From assembly GCA_949287245.1 (NCBI GenBank), contig CASEFL010000001.1:138973-202972 (forward strand): a DNA stretch of 64,000 nt. Direction: 5' to 3'. This document shows, piece after piece, positions 29,235 through 39,065 of this stretch (positions are counted from its first letter, which is position 1; each line of letters begins with the position of its first letter). The notes beneath the pieces are model-generated. The model was given only the letters and a program-made list of their open reading frames with translations, did not search any database and was not told the DNA's origin. The DNA comes from an uncultured Bacillota bacterium (lineage in GTDB: Bacteria > Bacillota_I > Bacilli_A > RFN20 > CAG-826). Position numbers and translations under genes: made by a program.

Positions 29235-29978
29235 TTAATGTTTTAAGCCAATATCGTAAAGTGCAGAAGCACGATGATCAATTACATAGGGAGCAATCGC
29301 ACAGAAAGCTGCCCCAAGCACATAGAATATGACCATGAAAACAATTTGAATCGTATAAATTGAACCATAAACTAAATCAGGAAGAAGCGGTAACCCAGGA
29401 GAAATTGTTGTTGATGTTGAACCAACAATTAAATAGCCAAAACTCATCATGCTCACCGCCATGGAGAGTAAACCAAATCCAACTGGTAAGGCAGAAAGTT
29501 TCTTTTTCGAAACATAGGCAACAACACCCATGATAAGCGCAACAGCAAAAAGTGCGACAGAAATAATTTGTAAATAGAAACTTGCACCCAACATTTGGGT
29601 ATTACTTAAAAGATAAGTCAATTCACGAACCGACTCATTTCCAGTTGGAGAAACATAAATATAACTACCAGAGGCGGACCATGTATTGGCGAGTAAATCC
29701 AAGAAAGAAAGCATAATTGGGGTGTCTGTGGCCATATTGGCGTCCCAATTAAAGTTTGGATCTGGTTTTACTAATGTCGAAGTAACCGTATCCCATTTCC
29801 CAATGGATATAGATAAAAATCCTGGGGTAGCAACAACAGTAAAATACAATGCCGCAAAAACAATCGCAGCAATACCAACAATAGCCCAAATAATTAAAGT
29901 AATGCGCTCACTGCGCTTAAAGTTAGCTAATTCTTGTTCATCGACAGGCTTGCTAACTTTCATGGTTTCTCTTTCCAT
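29235..29978 (-). CDS. Polytopic membrane protein (hypothetical, ~6 TM)
   Basis: The start is set at ATG 29976-29978 (MERETMKVSKP), which has an AGTGAGGT ribosome-binding site. The longer ORF would overlap the lepA 3' end. Confidence 0.5.
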   Translation of the reverse strand: MERETMKVSKPVDEQELANFKRSERITLIIWAIVGIAAIVFAALYFTVVATPGFLSISIGKWDTVTSTLVKPDPNFNWDANMATDTPIMLSFLDLLANTWSASGSYIYVSPTGNESVRELTYLLSNTQMLGASFYLQIISVALFAVALIMGVVAYVSKKKLSALPVGFGLLSMAVSMMSFGYLIVGSTSTTISPGLPLLPDLVYGSIYTIQIVFMVIFYVLGAAFCAIAPYVIDHRASALYDIGLKH

Positions 29979-30054
29979 GTAGGGTACCTCACTTTTCCGT
30001 TGCTTATTATCGCGCGAAAACAACTTCTTGCAACCGCTTACATAAATTTTTTTC

Positions 30055-31869
30055 TTAATCTTCGCTTTCGTCAAGAGAAAGAACGGCCATGAATGCCTCT
30101 TGAGGAACCTCAACTGAGCCAATTTCTTTCATCCGTTTTTTTCCTTCTCTTTGTTTTTCTAATAATTTCTTTTTTCTTGATATATCTCCCCCGTAACATT
30201 TTGCCAAAACATCTTTTCTTACGCTTTTTATATCGGCACGAGCTATCACTTTTCCGCCAATTGCAGCCTGTACAGGTACCTCAAATAATTGGCGAGGAAT
30301 AATGTCTTTTAATTTCCGTACAATGAGATTACCTCGACGAAAAGCATCTGGTCGGAAAACAATTGAACTTAAAGCATCAATACTTTTCCCATTTAAAAGA
30401 ATATCCATTTTGGCCAAATCACTTTCTTGATATCCAAAAAGTTCATAATCAAGCGAAGCATAACCTTTGCTCATTGATTTTAAGCGGTCGAAAAAGTTAT
30501 AAATAATTTCACTTAGAGGTAATAAATATTTAACAACTTGTCTCGTATCATCAAAATAAATCAAATCTTGATAGATGCCACGCCGACTTTGACAAAGTTC
30601 CATTACACTGCCTACATATTCTCCTGGTGTCATAATGGAGGCAGATACATAAGGTTCAAGAATCCGTTTAATTTTTGTTATCGGAGGCATTGCGCAAGGA
30701 TTATCAAAAAAGACAATAGTTCCATCGGTTAATTCACATTGATAACGAACGCTAGGAGCAGTCAGAATAAGTTCAAGATTGTATTCTCTTTCTAAACGCT
30801 CTTGGATAACATCCATGTGCAAAAGACCTAAAAAACCAGCGCGGAAACCAAACCCTAACGCTTCTGAACTTTCCGGTTCAAAAAGAAGCGAAGAATCATT
30901 AAGAGAAAGTTTTTCTAAAGCATCTTTTAAATCAGGGTATTTGCGTGAATCAACGGGATATAACCCGCAATAAACCATTGGATTAATTTTTCGATAACCA
31001 GGAAGTGGGGTAAGCGCTGGCTCTTTTACCAAAGTAATGGTATCTCCAGGAGTTACGTCTTTAATATCTTTAATGGTAGCTGCTAAATAGCCGACTTCGC
31101 CTGCCTCAAGAGACTCAACAGGAATTTCTTTTGGTGTGCGAATTCCAAGTTCACTAACAACATACCGCTTTCCTGTAGCCATTAAAAGGATTTCGTCCCC
31201 TATTTTTACTGCGCCATTTTTTACGCGAATCAGAGCAACAACTCCACGATAAGAATCATAATGGCTATCAAAAATGAGTGCTTGTAAAGCAGCTTTTGGA
31301 TCACCATCAGGCGGAGGAATTAATTCCACAGCTTTTTCTAACATTTCCTCGATACCGAGACCAGTTTTTGCCGAAACTAAACAACAGTCATTTGTCGATA
31401 AGCCGATGCGCTCTGATATCTCTCGTTTTGCTCGTTGAATATCGGCGGAAGGCAAATCAACCTTATTAATGACAGGAATCACCATTAAATCATTATCAAT
31501 AGCCAAATACACATTCGCTAAAGTTTGTGCTTCTACTCCTTGAGTAGCATCTACAACAAGCAAAGCGCCTTCACAAGCGGCTAAGGAACGAGAAACTTCA
31601 TAGGAAAAGTCAACGTGCCCCGGTGTATCAATAAGGTTAATTAAATATTCTTCACCCTTTTGGTTCTTATAAGAAAGAGAAACAGCATTTAATTTGATGG
31701 TTATCCCCCGTTCTCTTTCTAAATCCATTTCATCGAGCATTTGTGCACGTAGTTGTCTTTTCTCTACTGCTCCAGTTTTCTCTAATATTCGATCACATAG
31801 AGTGCTCTTTCCATGATCAATATGAGCAATCACTGAGAAATTACGTATATGTTTTCTATCAATAGCCAT
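30055..31869 (-). CDS. lepA: Elongation factor 4 (LepA)
   Basis: 604-aa ORF with '[15 protein letters not shown]' and 'DTPGHVDF'. The C-terminal LepA-specific domain is present. Confidence 0.97.
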   Translation of the reverse strand: MAIDRKHIRNFSVIAHIDHGKSTLCDRILEKTGAVEKRQLRAQMLDEMDLERERGITIKLNAVSLSYKNQKGEEYLINLIDTPGHVDFSYEVSRSLAACEGALLVVDATQGVEAQTLANVYLAIDNDLMVIPVINKVDLPSADIQRAKREISERIGLSTNDCCLVSAKTGLGIEEMLEKAVELIPPPDGDPKAALQALIFDSHYDSYRGVVALIRVKNGAVKIGDEILLMATGKRYVVSELGIRTPKEIPVESLEAGEVGYLAATIKDIKDVTPGDTITLVKEPALTPLPGYRKINPMVYCGLYPVDSRKYPDLKDALEKLSLNDSSLLFEPESSEALGFGFRAGFLGLLHMDVIQERLEREYNLELILTAPSVRYQCELTDGTIVFFDNPCAMPPITKIKRILEPYVSASIMTPGEYVGSVMELCQSRRGIYQDLIYFDDTRQVVKYLLPLSEIIYNFFDRLKSMSKGYASLDYELFGYQESDLAKMDILLNGKSIDALSSIVFRPDAFRRGNLIVRKLKDIIPRQLFEVPVQAAIGGKVIARADIKSVRKDVLAKCYGGDISRKKKLLEKQREGKKRMKEIGSVEVPQEAFMAVLSLDESED

Positions 31870-31890
31870 CTTATCTATTATATTCTTCTC

Positions 31891-34233
31891 TTAAGAAAAT
31901 TTTGCATAAAAGGAAGTAACAATCGCTCTTACTTGATTAGCAGAGGTAGCAATCTGATAGCAAGGATGCATACGTGATAATAAAGAACGATAATCGCGAC
32001 TCAAATAGCGATCATCAATTAATAAAACTACCCCCTTATCACTTTCACTACGGATGAGTCTACCTAAGGCTTGCATGACCTTATTCATTCCAGGGTAACG
32101 ATATGCGTAATTGAATCCTTCTTCCCGAGTTTGTTGAAAATGTTCCCTTAATATTTCTCTTTCAAAACTTACCATCGGTAAACCAATTCCAACAATAGCA
32201 ACACCAATAAGACGATCACCAGATAAATCTATCCCTTCAGAAAGCGAACCGCCAATTACCGCAATACCAATTTGTGTCTTATCCTTTTCCTCTGTAAAAT
32301 TCGACAAAAAATCACTTTTTTCTTTATCGGTCATACCTCTTTTTTGAATATAAACATCCGCATCAGCAAAAGATAAAAAAGGAACAATAGATTCTAAATA
32401 AGAAAAAGAAGGCATAAAAAGCAAATAGTTTCCTTTCTTTCCTTGAACAAAAGCTTGGAGATAATCGGCAACATCGCGTTTTGTTTTCTCACGATCTTTA
32501 TATCGAGTAGATACTTTGGAAGCCACAATAATTTTGCAATTTTCTTCGGGAAATGGAGAAGGTAATAGAAGATGCGCCTTCTCTTCACCTGCGATGCTAG
32601 ACATATAATATTCAATCGGAGACAAAGTACCCGAAAATAATGTTGCGCCACGTAAACGCTTTAAATCTTCTTGCAGCATGAAAGAAGCATCTGGACAAAA
32701 TAAACGCAGAGCAAAGCCATTCTCATTTTGGGTAAAGAGAACATCGCTATCACCATATTCTTCATAAATTTTAAAAAACCTATGTGTTTCCCTGGTGAAA
32801 TCTCGAATTTCTTGGCCTAAGGGAGGGACGTTATCTTCTTGCATATAAGCTTGACCCGCTTGTTCAATACGATTTAACGCTTTTTTTAGTGTCTTTCTCT
32901 CTCCTTGAAAATAATGGGTCAAATTCTCACTATTTTTTTCTTCTTTTAGCACTTTTTTCAGCGCTCGAAAAGCGAGATAAAAACTATGCAGTTCCGCCAC
33001 TTTTTTTGAAATTTTAATAACTTTATTTAGTGCTTCTTCTTCAATTGTGGCGCTATAACACTCTCTTGCGCGGTCAATTAAATTATGGGCTTCATCAATA
33101 AGAACATAATGCTTTTTGGCCTCTTCATCTAAGGTGAAAAATCTTTCTAAATAGGCAAAGGGATCAATAAGATAATTATAATCACAAATAATAACGTCAC
33201 TAAAACTAGAAAGGTCTAGACTCAATTCAAAGGGACAAGTTTCATCCTCTTTCGCAAGTTCCTTAATTTTTTGCTCAGAATAATGAAGATTTTTGTCAAA
33301 ATTCTCTTTCAGTATTTTTCTTAGTTTCTCGTAATAATTTTTTGCAAACGGACAACTATCAGGATTACAACTAGAGCCGGGACTGGCGCACATTTTTTCA
33401 CGAGCCAATAATCGCGAAGTGCGCAAAATTGCCCCCCTTTCCTTTAACAATCGAATTGTCTCTTCTGCAGCAATTGCTCCTGAGGTTTTTGCCGTTAAAT
33501 AAAAAATCTTGCCCTCAGACCAATCTCCTTGAGCCCGCAAAGACGGATAAAGAGTACTTACTGTTTTTCCGATTCCGGTGGGTGCTTCAACAAAAAGAAT
33601 TTCGCCTTTTTTAGCTGCACCATAAACATATTTACACATTTCACGTTGTCCTCTTCGAAAGAAAGGATAGGGAAAAGATAAAGCGTGAAGTGATTCGTTT
33701 CTTTCTTTAACATGGTGAAAAATTGATTTCATGAAAATTAAATATTCATGAATTAATTGTCTTACTTCGCTTTCTAATTGTTCTTTTGTTTCTAAAAATT
33801 CTACAAACCACCGATGATGAAAATCTTTTTGATCCAAATATTGAAGACGAATGAGGGCCCGCTCTTTCTTCTCTTGCATAAGATAAAGAAGCGCGTAACA
33901 ACGTGCCTGTCCTAAATGCCATTCTTTCTGTGATTCATGAAAGGCGTATAAATCGCCTACTGTGCTTTTGATCTCTTCAATAATTGGTATTGATCCCTTA
34001 TCAATAATGCCGTCTGCTCTTCCCTCTAAAGTAACAAGATAGTCATCAACGGAAAAACTGCCTTTAAGAAAAACTTCTGAGCAATAAGAAGTAGATTGCG
34101 AACCTTGAAATAGCCGATGAAATTCTGATCCTTTTTTCATCGTTTCTAAGTTATAAATGCGAGAATCGATGTCTCCATTACGTAATAAAAAATCAACTAA
34201 AGCATGGATAGATAAAGTAATCTCTTTTTCCAT
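31891..34233 (-). CDS. DinG/XPD-family Fe-S DNA helicase with an N-terminal PD-(D/E)XK (Cas4/RecB-like) nuclease domain
   Basis: The N-terminal ~180 aa carry D...EIK...Q..Y motifs ('GRADGII', 'IIEEIKST', 'GQARCYALL'). The helicase part carries 'FPYPFFRRGQREM', Walker A 'APTGIGKT', DEAH 'LIDEAHNL' and a four-Cys cluster 'CASPGSSCNPDSCPF'. Confidence 0.8.
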   Translation of the reverse strand: MEKEITLSIHALVDFLLRNGDIDSRIYNLETMKKGSEFHRLFQGSQSTSYCSEVFLKGSFSVDDYLVTLEGRADGIIDKGSIPIIEEIKSTVGDLYAFHESQKEWHLGQARCYALLYLMQEKKERALIRLQYLDQKDFHHRWFVEFLETKEQLESEVRQLIHEYLIFMKSIFHHVKERNESLHALSFPYPFFRRGQREMCKYVYGAAKKGEILFVEAPTGIGKTVSTLYPSLRAQGDWSEGKIFYLTAKTSGAIAAEETIRLLKERGAILRTSRLLAREKMCASPGSSCNPDSCPFAKNYYEKLRKILKENFDKNLHYSEQKIKELAKEDETCPFELSLDLSSFSDVIICDYNYLIDPFAYLERFFTLDEEAKKHYVLIDEAHNLIDRARECYSATIEEEALNKVIKISKKVAELHSFYLAFRALKKVLKEEKNSENLTHYFQGERKTLKKALNRIEQAGQAYMQEDNVPPLGQEIRDFTRETHRFFKIYEEYGDSDVLFTQNENGFALRLFCPDASFMLQEDLKRLRGATLFSGTLSPIEYYMSSIAGEEKAHLLLPSPFPEENCKIIVASKVSTRYKDREKTKRDVADYLQAFVQGKKGNYLLFMPSFSYLESIVPFLSFADADVYIQKRGMTDKEKSDFLSNFTEEKDKTQIGIAVIGGSLSEGIDLSGDRLIGVAIVGIGLPMVSFEREILREHFQQTREEGFNYAYRYPGMNKVMQALGRLIRSESDKGVVLLIDDRYLSRDYRSLLSRMHPCYQIATSANQVRAIVTSFYAKFS

Positions 34234-35180
34234 TATTGGAGCAGCTCTCCTATGTCAAGACGAGCCCCGTTAGCAAAACTTCTGCCATCCATTTGCTTTT
34301 TTCCTGCTGGTTGAACAATTTTTATTAAAAGAGCACCATCTTTAAGTTGAAGATACAAATCTTTTTTAAATATAAATAATGACCCGTTCTCTTTTTGTAT
34401 TGGAAGTTCCGCTAAATCAGCAGAGATAATTTTTAATTTTTCCCCTCGAAAAAGTACATAGGCTGAAGGCTCAGGAGAAAGCGCCCTTATGTAATTTTTT
34501 GCTTCCTTACACGAGATATCTAACGGCAAATGTTCATCATCAGCAGAAATTTTTGAGGCAAAAGTAACTTCATCTTCCTTTTGTTGGATGCCAATATTTT
34601 CCTTATTAGAAGCAGCATTTAAAACTTTAGGAAGATACTCATCTACTAGCGAAATTGCCGCATTACCCATTTTATAAAAAGCATCTTCGCAATTTTCTTC
34701 TTCGCCTAGCGAAAAAGTAACTTTCCCAAACATTTCACCCGCATCCATCGCTTTTACCATGCGCATTAATGTAGCCCCTAAAACCTTATCCCCGTTCATG
34801 ATGGCTCTTTGAATTGGCGCTGCACCTCTATACTTTGGTAATAGTGAACCATGAACGTTATAAGCACCAAACTGAGCAAAGGATAAAAATTCTTCAGGAA
34901 CAATTTGTCCATAAGCAAAGGTTAAAATACAATCAATTTCCAAATCTTTCGCCCATAAATAATCTTTACGTATTTTTGTGGGCTGATAACAAGGAATGTT
35001 ATATTTGTTCGCAATTTCTTTTACAGGAGAGGGAGTTAAAATCCCTTTTCTTCCTTTTGGCCGATCAGGATTGGTTACCACACCAATCACGTTCCAGTTT
35101 TCCAAAATTAAGTGTTCTAAAAGCCGACTCGACATGAAAGGAGTTCCCATATAAAGCAAACGAGATTTTTTTGCATCCAT
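34233..35180 (-). CDS. fmt: Methionyl-tRNA formyltransferase
   Basis: The start is set at ATG 35178-35180 (MDAKKSRLLYMGTP), which has an AAGGAG ribosome-binding site. It carries the 'SLLPKYRGAAPIQ' Fmt motif and overlaps the helicase gene by 1 nt. Confidence 0.9.
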   Translation of the reverse strand: MDAKKSRLLYMGTPFMSSRLLEHLILENWNVIGVVTNPDRPKGRKGILTPSPVKEIANKYNIPCYQPTKIRKDYLWAKDLEIDCILTFAYGQIVPEEFLSFAQFGAYNVHGSLLPKYRGAAPIQRAIMNGDKVLGATLMRMVKAMDAGEMFGKVTFSLGEEENCEDAFYKMGNAAISLVDEYLPKVLNAASNKENIGIQQKEDEVTFASKISADDEHLPLDISCKEAKNYIRALSPEPSAYVLFRGEKLKIISADLAELPIQKENGSLFIFKKDLYLQLKDGALLIKIVQPAGKKQMDGRSFANGARLDIGELLQ

Positions 35181-35271
35181 CGTAATTCTCCTTATATTAT
35201 GTGAAGAATTATACAATTCTTACCCTTAATTAGAATGAGAAGAAAGGTATAATTCGAAAGTTGAGGTTTTT

Positions 35272-37248
35272 ATGAAAAAACGAAATCAAATGGCTGTCGC
35301 CCGTTATGTAGAATCGATTATAAAAGAAATTGAAAATATTCCCCAAACCATGGAGTCTTTATATCTTTTTTTAAAAGCTCATTATTCACAGGAAATATGC
35401 GCATACTTTTTCGATGAGGATGGAAAAAGAAAAAAACAAAGTTATCACGAGTTATTTAGACAAGCCGAATATCTTGGCTCGCATATGAATTCTATCTTTT
35501 CAAAAATAGAATCAACACAACCAATTGCTTTAAAATATCGCAACTCTCCCGAATGGCCTGCATTGTTTTTTGGAATTTTAATGAGCAATCATCCTGTGCT
35601 CCTTTTGGATGCAAAACTACCTGAGGAGAATACAAATAATTTGCTAAAACAAGCAAACGCAGGATCAATCATTTGTAACGAAAGCGAAACCTATCTTGTT
35701 CCCTCTTACCGTCTAAGCGATTTAAAAAAATCGACACCCAAAGAGCCAGTTACTTGGAACGATGAGATTATGTTTTGCTCTTCAGGCACTACAGGTGCAG
35801 CGAAAATTATGGTTTTTGACGGGAAGGCAATTTTTGGACAAATTATCTCGGCAAAAATGGTTGCAAATGAAACAAGCGACATTATCTATGAAGGATCATT
35901 ACGCAACTTTGCTATGATTCCTTTTCATCATATCTTCGGCTTTGTTGCCGTATTTTTATGGTATTCAACCTTAGGAAAAACACTTGTTTATCCTGCAAGT
36001 AATGCAACGAAAGATTTACTTTATGCTATAAAAAAAGGTGAATGCGATCACATTTATAGCGTGCCACTTTTATGGGATGGAATTGCCCAAACTGTTGAGA
36101 GAACTTTCTCACTAAAAAAACCAAAAATCCAGAACTTATTTCATAAAATGATTTCCTATAATTTAGGAGAAATATCTAAAAAAGAAGCAGGTATTGCATC
36201 GTTTTCTTTCTTTCAAAACATAGTTAGAAATCGAATTTTAGGAAATAAACCGGTTTTTTGTATTTCTGGTGGTGGGTATTTATCAAAAGAAACATTGCGC
36301 TTAATTAATGGCCTTGGCTATCCCCTTTATAACGGATATGGAATGACAGAAATTGGAGTTACTTCTGTAGAACTTTCTCCTGATGTAAAGACAAGATTGC
36401 TTGGCTCGATAGGAAAACCATTCTTTGGGGTAAATTATCAACTGCACGAAGGAGAACTGGAAGTTCAATGCCGTTCCATGCATATAGCCTCAATTGTTAA
36501 TGGTGTAAGAGAATCCTTTCCGCGAGATCAATATCTGAAAACAGGCGATATTGCTGAAAAAATTGACGATCGGTGGTACATTCGCGGAAGAAAAAAAGAT
36601 GTCATTATTAATAATGACGGGGAAAATATATACCCTGACGAAATTGAATATTATTTCAAGGAAATTTCGCTTATAAAAAATTGCGTCGCCTTCGGGGTTA
36701 CAGAAGGTCATAAAGAGCATATTGTTCTTATTATTGAATTAACGCAAAGCCCGCGGGAGGAAGTTTTATTCAAAGTAAAAGAAGAATTAACAAACATTAA
36801 TAACAAGTTAAGTTCTTCAAAAAAAGTATCCGAATTCGCGATTTCTTCTAGCAGTTTGCCTTTAGCGAATTCAATGAAAATTAAACGAGGTGAAGTGAAA
36901 AAACTTTATCTAGAAAACCCTGATTCATTCCTTTATTTTGACAAAAAAAGACGCATAAATTATGAAGAAAACATATCTTTTGATGGTTATGACCATGAGG
37001 AAGTAAATGAAATTTTAAATGAAATTCGACGCACTTTCTCTGATAACCTCTCCTTACCGATTGATCAAATTTCTGACGATGCAATCTGGGATAGTGATTT
37101 AGGGGGAGATTCGATGTCTTATATAAGCATGATTGCTGATTTAGATGAACATTTCCAAGTGGATATTCCCGAGGATAAATACGGCAAAGTCGGATCTGTT
37201 AAGGGTTTTACTAAACTTATTCTAGAATTACGTCATGGGAAGAAATAA
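35272..37248 (+). CDS. Standalone adenylation (AMP-binding) – peptidyl/acyl carrier protein didomain
   Basis: 658-aa ORF with A-domain motifs ('SSGTTGAAKIMV', 'YNGYGMTE', 'YLKTGD', 'GRKKDVI'). The C-terminal ~80 aa carry the carrier-protein phosphopantetheine site 'DLGGDSMSYISM'. Confidence 0.75.
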   Translation: MKKRNQMAVARYVESIIKEIENIPQTMESLYLFLKAHYSQEICAYFFDEDGKRKKQSYHELFRQAEYLGSHMNSIFSKIESTQPIALKYRNSPEWPALFFGILMSNHPVLLLDAKLPEENTNNLLKQANAGSIICNESETYLVPSYRLSDLKKSTPKEPVTWNDEIMFCSSGTTGAAKIMVFDGKAIFGQIISAKMVANETSDIIYEGSLRNFAMIPFHHIFGFVAVFLWYSTLGKTLVYPASNATKDLLYAIKKGECDHIYSVPLLWDGIAQTVERTFSLKKPKIQNLFHKMISYNLGEISKKEAGIASFSFFQNIVRNRILGNKPVFCISGGGYLSKETLRLINGLGYPLYNGYGMTEIGVTSVELSPDVKTRLLGSIGKPFFGVNYQLHEGELEVQCRSMHIASIVNGVRESFPRDQYLKTGDIAEKIDDRWYIRGRKKDVIINNDGENIYPDEIEYYFKEISLIKNCVAFGVTEGHKEHIVLIIELTQSPREEVLFKVKEELTNINNKLSSSKKVSEFAISSSSLPLANSMKIKRGEVKKLYLENPDSFLYFDKKRRINYEENISFDGYDHEEVNEILNEIRRTFSDNLSLPIDQISDDAIWDSDLGGDSMSYISMIADLDEHFQVDIPEDKYGKVGSVKGFTKLILELRHGKK

Positions 37249-37265
37249 CTTAACATTGCTCGCAA

Positions 37266-37294
37266 AGGTCTTTAAGAGTATGATTTTTGCGCAA
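37266..37294 (+). promoter_or_regulatory. Putative sigmaA promoter of rpsT (-35 TTGCTC, 17-nt spacer, -10 TATGAT)
   Basis: TTGCTC 37266-37271 and TATGAT 37289-37294. The TGAGGA ribosome-binding site and the ATG at 37322 follow. Confidence 0.45.
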
Positions 37295-37321
37295 AGTTAG
37301 TGAAAAAAATGAGGAAATATT

Positions 37322-37585
37322 ATGCCAAACATTAAAAAACAAATTAAAAGAGCCGCTCTTAACGAACGCCAAGGATCCATTAACAGTGCCGCTCGTAAGG
37401 AGGTTCGCACCGCGATTAAACATGTAGAGACCCTTGTTTCTACTGGAACAAAAGATGATGCTGTTCTCGCTCTCCGTGCTGCAATCTCTCTTTGCGATAA
37501 AGCTGCTCAACAAGGTATCTATAGCAAAGAAAAAATGAACCACGCCAAAGCTCGCCTTGAGCATCTTGTGGCTGGTATGAATTAA
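37322..37585 (+). CDS. rpsT: 30S ribosomal protein S20
   Basis: 87-aa protein 'MPNIKKQIKRAALNERQGSINSAARKEVRTAIKH...' with a typical S20 sequence. Confidence 0.95.
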   Translation: MPNIKKQIKRAALNERQGSINSAARKEVRTAIKHVETLVSTGTKDDAVLALRAAISLCDKAAQQGIYSKEKMNHAKARLEHLVAGMN

Positions 37586-37608
37586 TTCTGACTCAAGAAT
37601 TACCTATA

Positions 37609-37630
37609 ACCCCCCTTTTGGGGGTTTTTA
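37609..37630 (+). terminator. Rho-independent terminator of rpsT (also sits at the 3' end of the convergent phosphoesterase gene)
   Basis: CCCCCC-TTTT-GGGGG hairpin (37610-37624) followed by TTTTT (37625-37629). Confidence 0.75.
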
Positions 37631-38068
37631 TATTGTTTTAAACGAGACGTTTAAAATATCTTCATCAATTTTAATTACAAGATAGGAAGGTGTTCCATCT
37701 CTTGGAAAAGAACAACTCCCCGGGCATAAGACACGAATATTAGAAAGCATAATATCTTCTTTTTTATGCGTATGACCATGAAGGAAGACTCTTACACCCC
37801 TTTTATAAAGTGTTGTTAAATCTTTTTCACTTATCGGTTTATGTTCAGCACGTAAAAGACCAATGGGAGTTTTAATCTCTCGATATAAAGGATAATTTTT
37901 ACTAAAAAAGTCACAATTCCCTTTAACTGCCGCAAAAGGAAAAATATTTTCCTCATATCCCCCAACATCACCCAAATGAAGGTAACAATCGGCATATGGT
38001 TCATTCATTAATATGATTCTTAAAGGCTCAAATTCTCCATGAGTATCCGAAGCGACAACAATTTTCAT
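37628..38068 (-). CDS. Calcineurin-like metallophosphoesterase (YfcE/MJ0936 family)
   Basis: 'IVVASDTHGE', 'LHLGDVGG' and 'FLHGHTHK' metal-ligand motifs. Its start overlaps the holA stop by 4 nt. Confidence 0.75.
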   Translation of the reverse strand: MKIVVASDTHGEFEPLRIILMNEPYADCYLHLGDVGGYEENIFPFAAVKGNCDFFSKNYPLYREIKTPIGLLRAEHKPISEKDLTTLYKRGVRVFLHGHTHKKEDIMLSNIRVLCPGSCSFPRDGTPSYLVIKIDEDILNVSFKTI

Positions 38069-39039
38069 GCATGAAATCCTATAATAAATTTTTCAAAAGC
38101 TTCATCAGCATCCATTTTTCCGGTCATTATGTTTTTCTCACACTCATAAAGATTGTGAAACTGTTTTCCAAATTCCTGCTCATCCAATTCACTAGAACGT
38201 TGCAATAACCGTTTTGCCCGCCAAACATTCATTTTTAAAATATTGCTACAATCCATCTCATCTTTCCCTTCATGAAAAAGATGATTAACCAAAGACTGAT
38301 CACGCATTTGGGTGGATAAAGAATGAATTAACACGATTGGTTCGTTTCCTTGAAAGCGAAGATCACGATACACTTTTAATGCTTCCGCAAAATTATTAGA
38401 AAATAAAGCATTTGCTAGAGCAAAAGAAGAGTCCTCTAAAGGTTCGGGAGTCATTTTTTCTATGTCTTCTTTATGGAGAGTCTTGTCACCAGCATATACG
38501 ATTAATTTATTGGCCTCGCTTATAAAGGTCGCATAATCTCCATGGATTCGACGAAGCAATTCCTTTCGTGCTTCAAAATCAATAGCAACACCACGATTTT
38601 TAAAATATCGTTCCATATACGTGTTCCACTGAGCATCATTGAATTCACTAACCTGTTGAAATAAAGCACCACTTTCTTTTAATACTTTATAAAAATCACA
38701 TTTTTGATCCAATTTATTGCAATATACGAGAATATATAAATCAATATCGTCACTAAGCTCTTCTAAGACATCAAAAAGAGGCTTTTTATCATCACCTTTT
38801 AACAGTTTCTTTTGCTTTTCATCAGATGATAAATAATGGAAATTCTCCGCAATAACAACTTTTTTCTCGACACCTAAGGGTAAATAAGAGCATTCTTCCG
38901 CTAAAGTAAGAAGAGTTTCTTTTCCCATATCTAAGCGACATTCATTCAATCCTTCGCGCACAAAAGAAGATTTTTTTAATAAAACTGATAAATGGCTTTT
39001 AATCATCTGCGATTGCGGTGAAAAAAGAACAGTAATCAT
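38065..39039 (-). CDS. holA: DNA polymerase III delta subunit HolA
   Basis: 324-aa ORF with the HolA/YqeN-like C-terminal helical domain ('NVWRAKRLL'). Its position directly downstream of comEC matches Bacillus. Confidence 0.75.
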   Translation of the reverse strand: MITVLFSPQSQMIKSHLSVLLKKSSFVREGLNECRLDMGKETLLTLAEECSYLPLGVEKKVVIAENFHYLSSDEKQKKLLKGDDKKPLFDVLEELSDDIDLYILVYCNKLDQKCDFYKVLKESGALFQQVSEFNDAQWNTYMERYFKNRGVAIDFEARKELLRRIHGDYATFISEANKLIVYAGDKTLHKEDIEKMTPEPLEDSSFALANALFSNNFAEALKVYRDLRFQGNEPIVLIHSLSTQMRDQSLVNHLFHEGKDEMDCSNILKMNVWRAKRLLQRSSELDEQEFGKQFHNLYECEKNIMTGKMDADEAFEKFIIGFHA

Positions 39040-39065
39040 ATAGGTAAATTATATCTTATTTCCCT

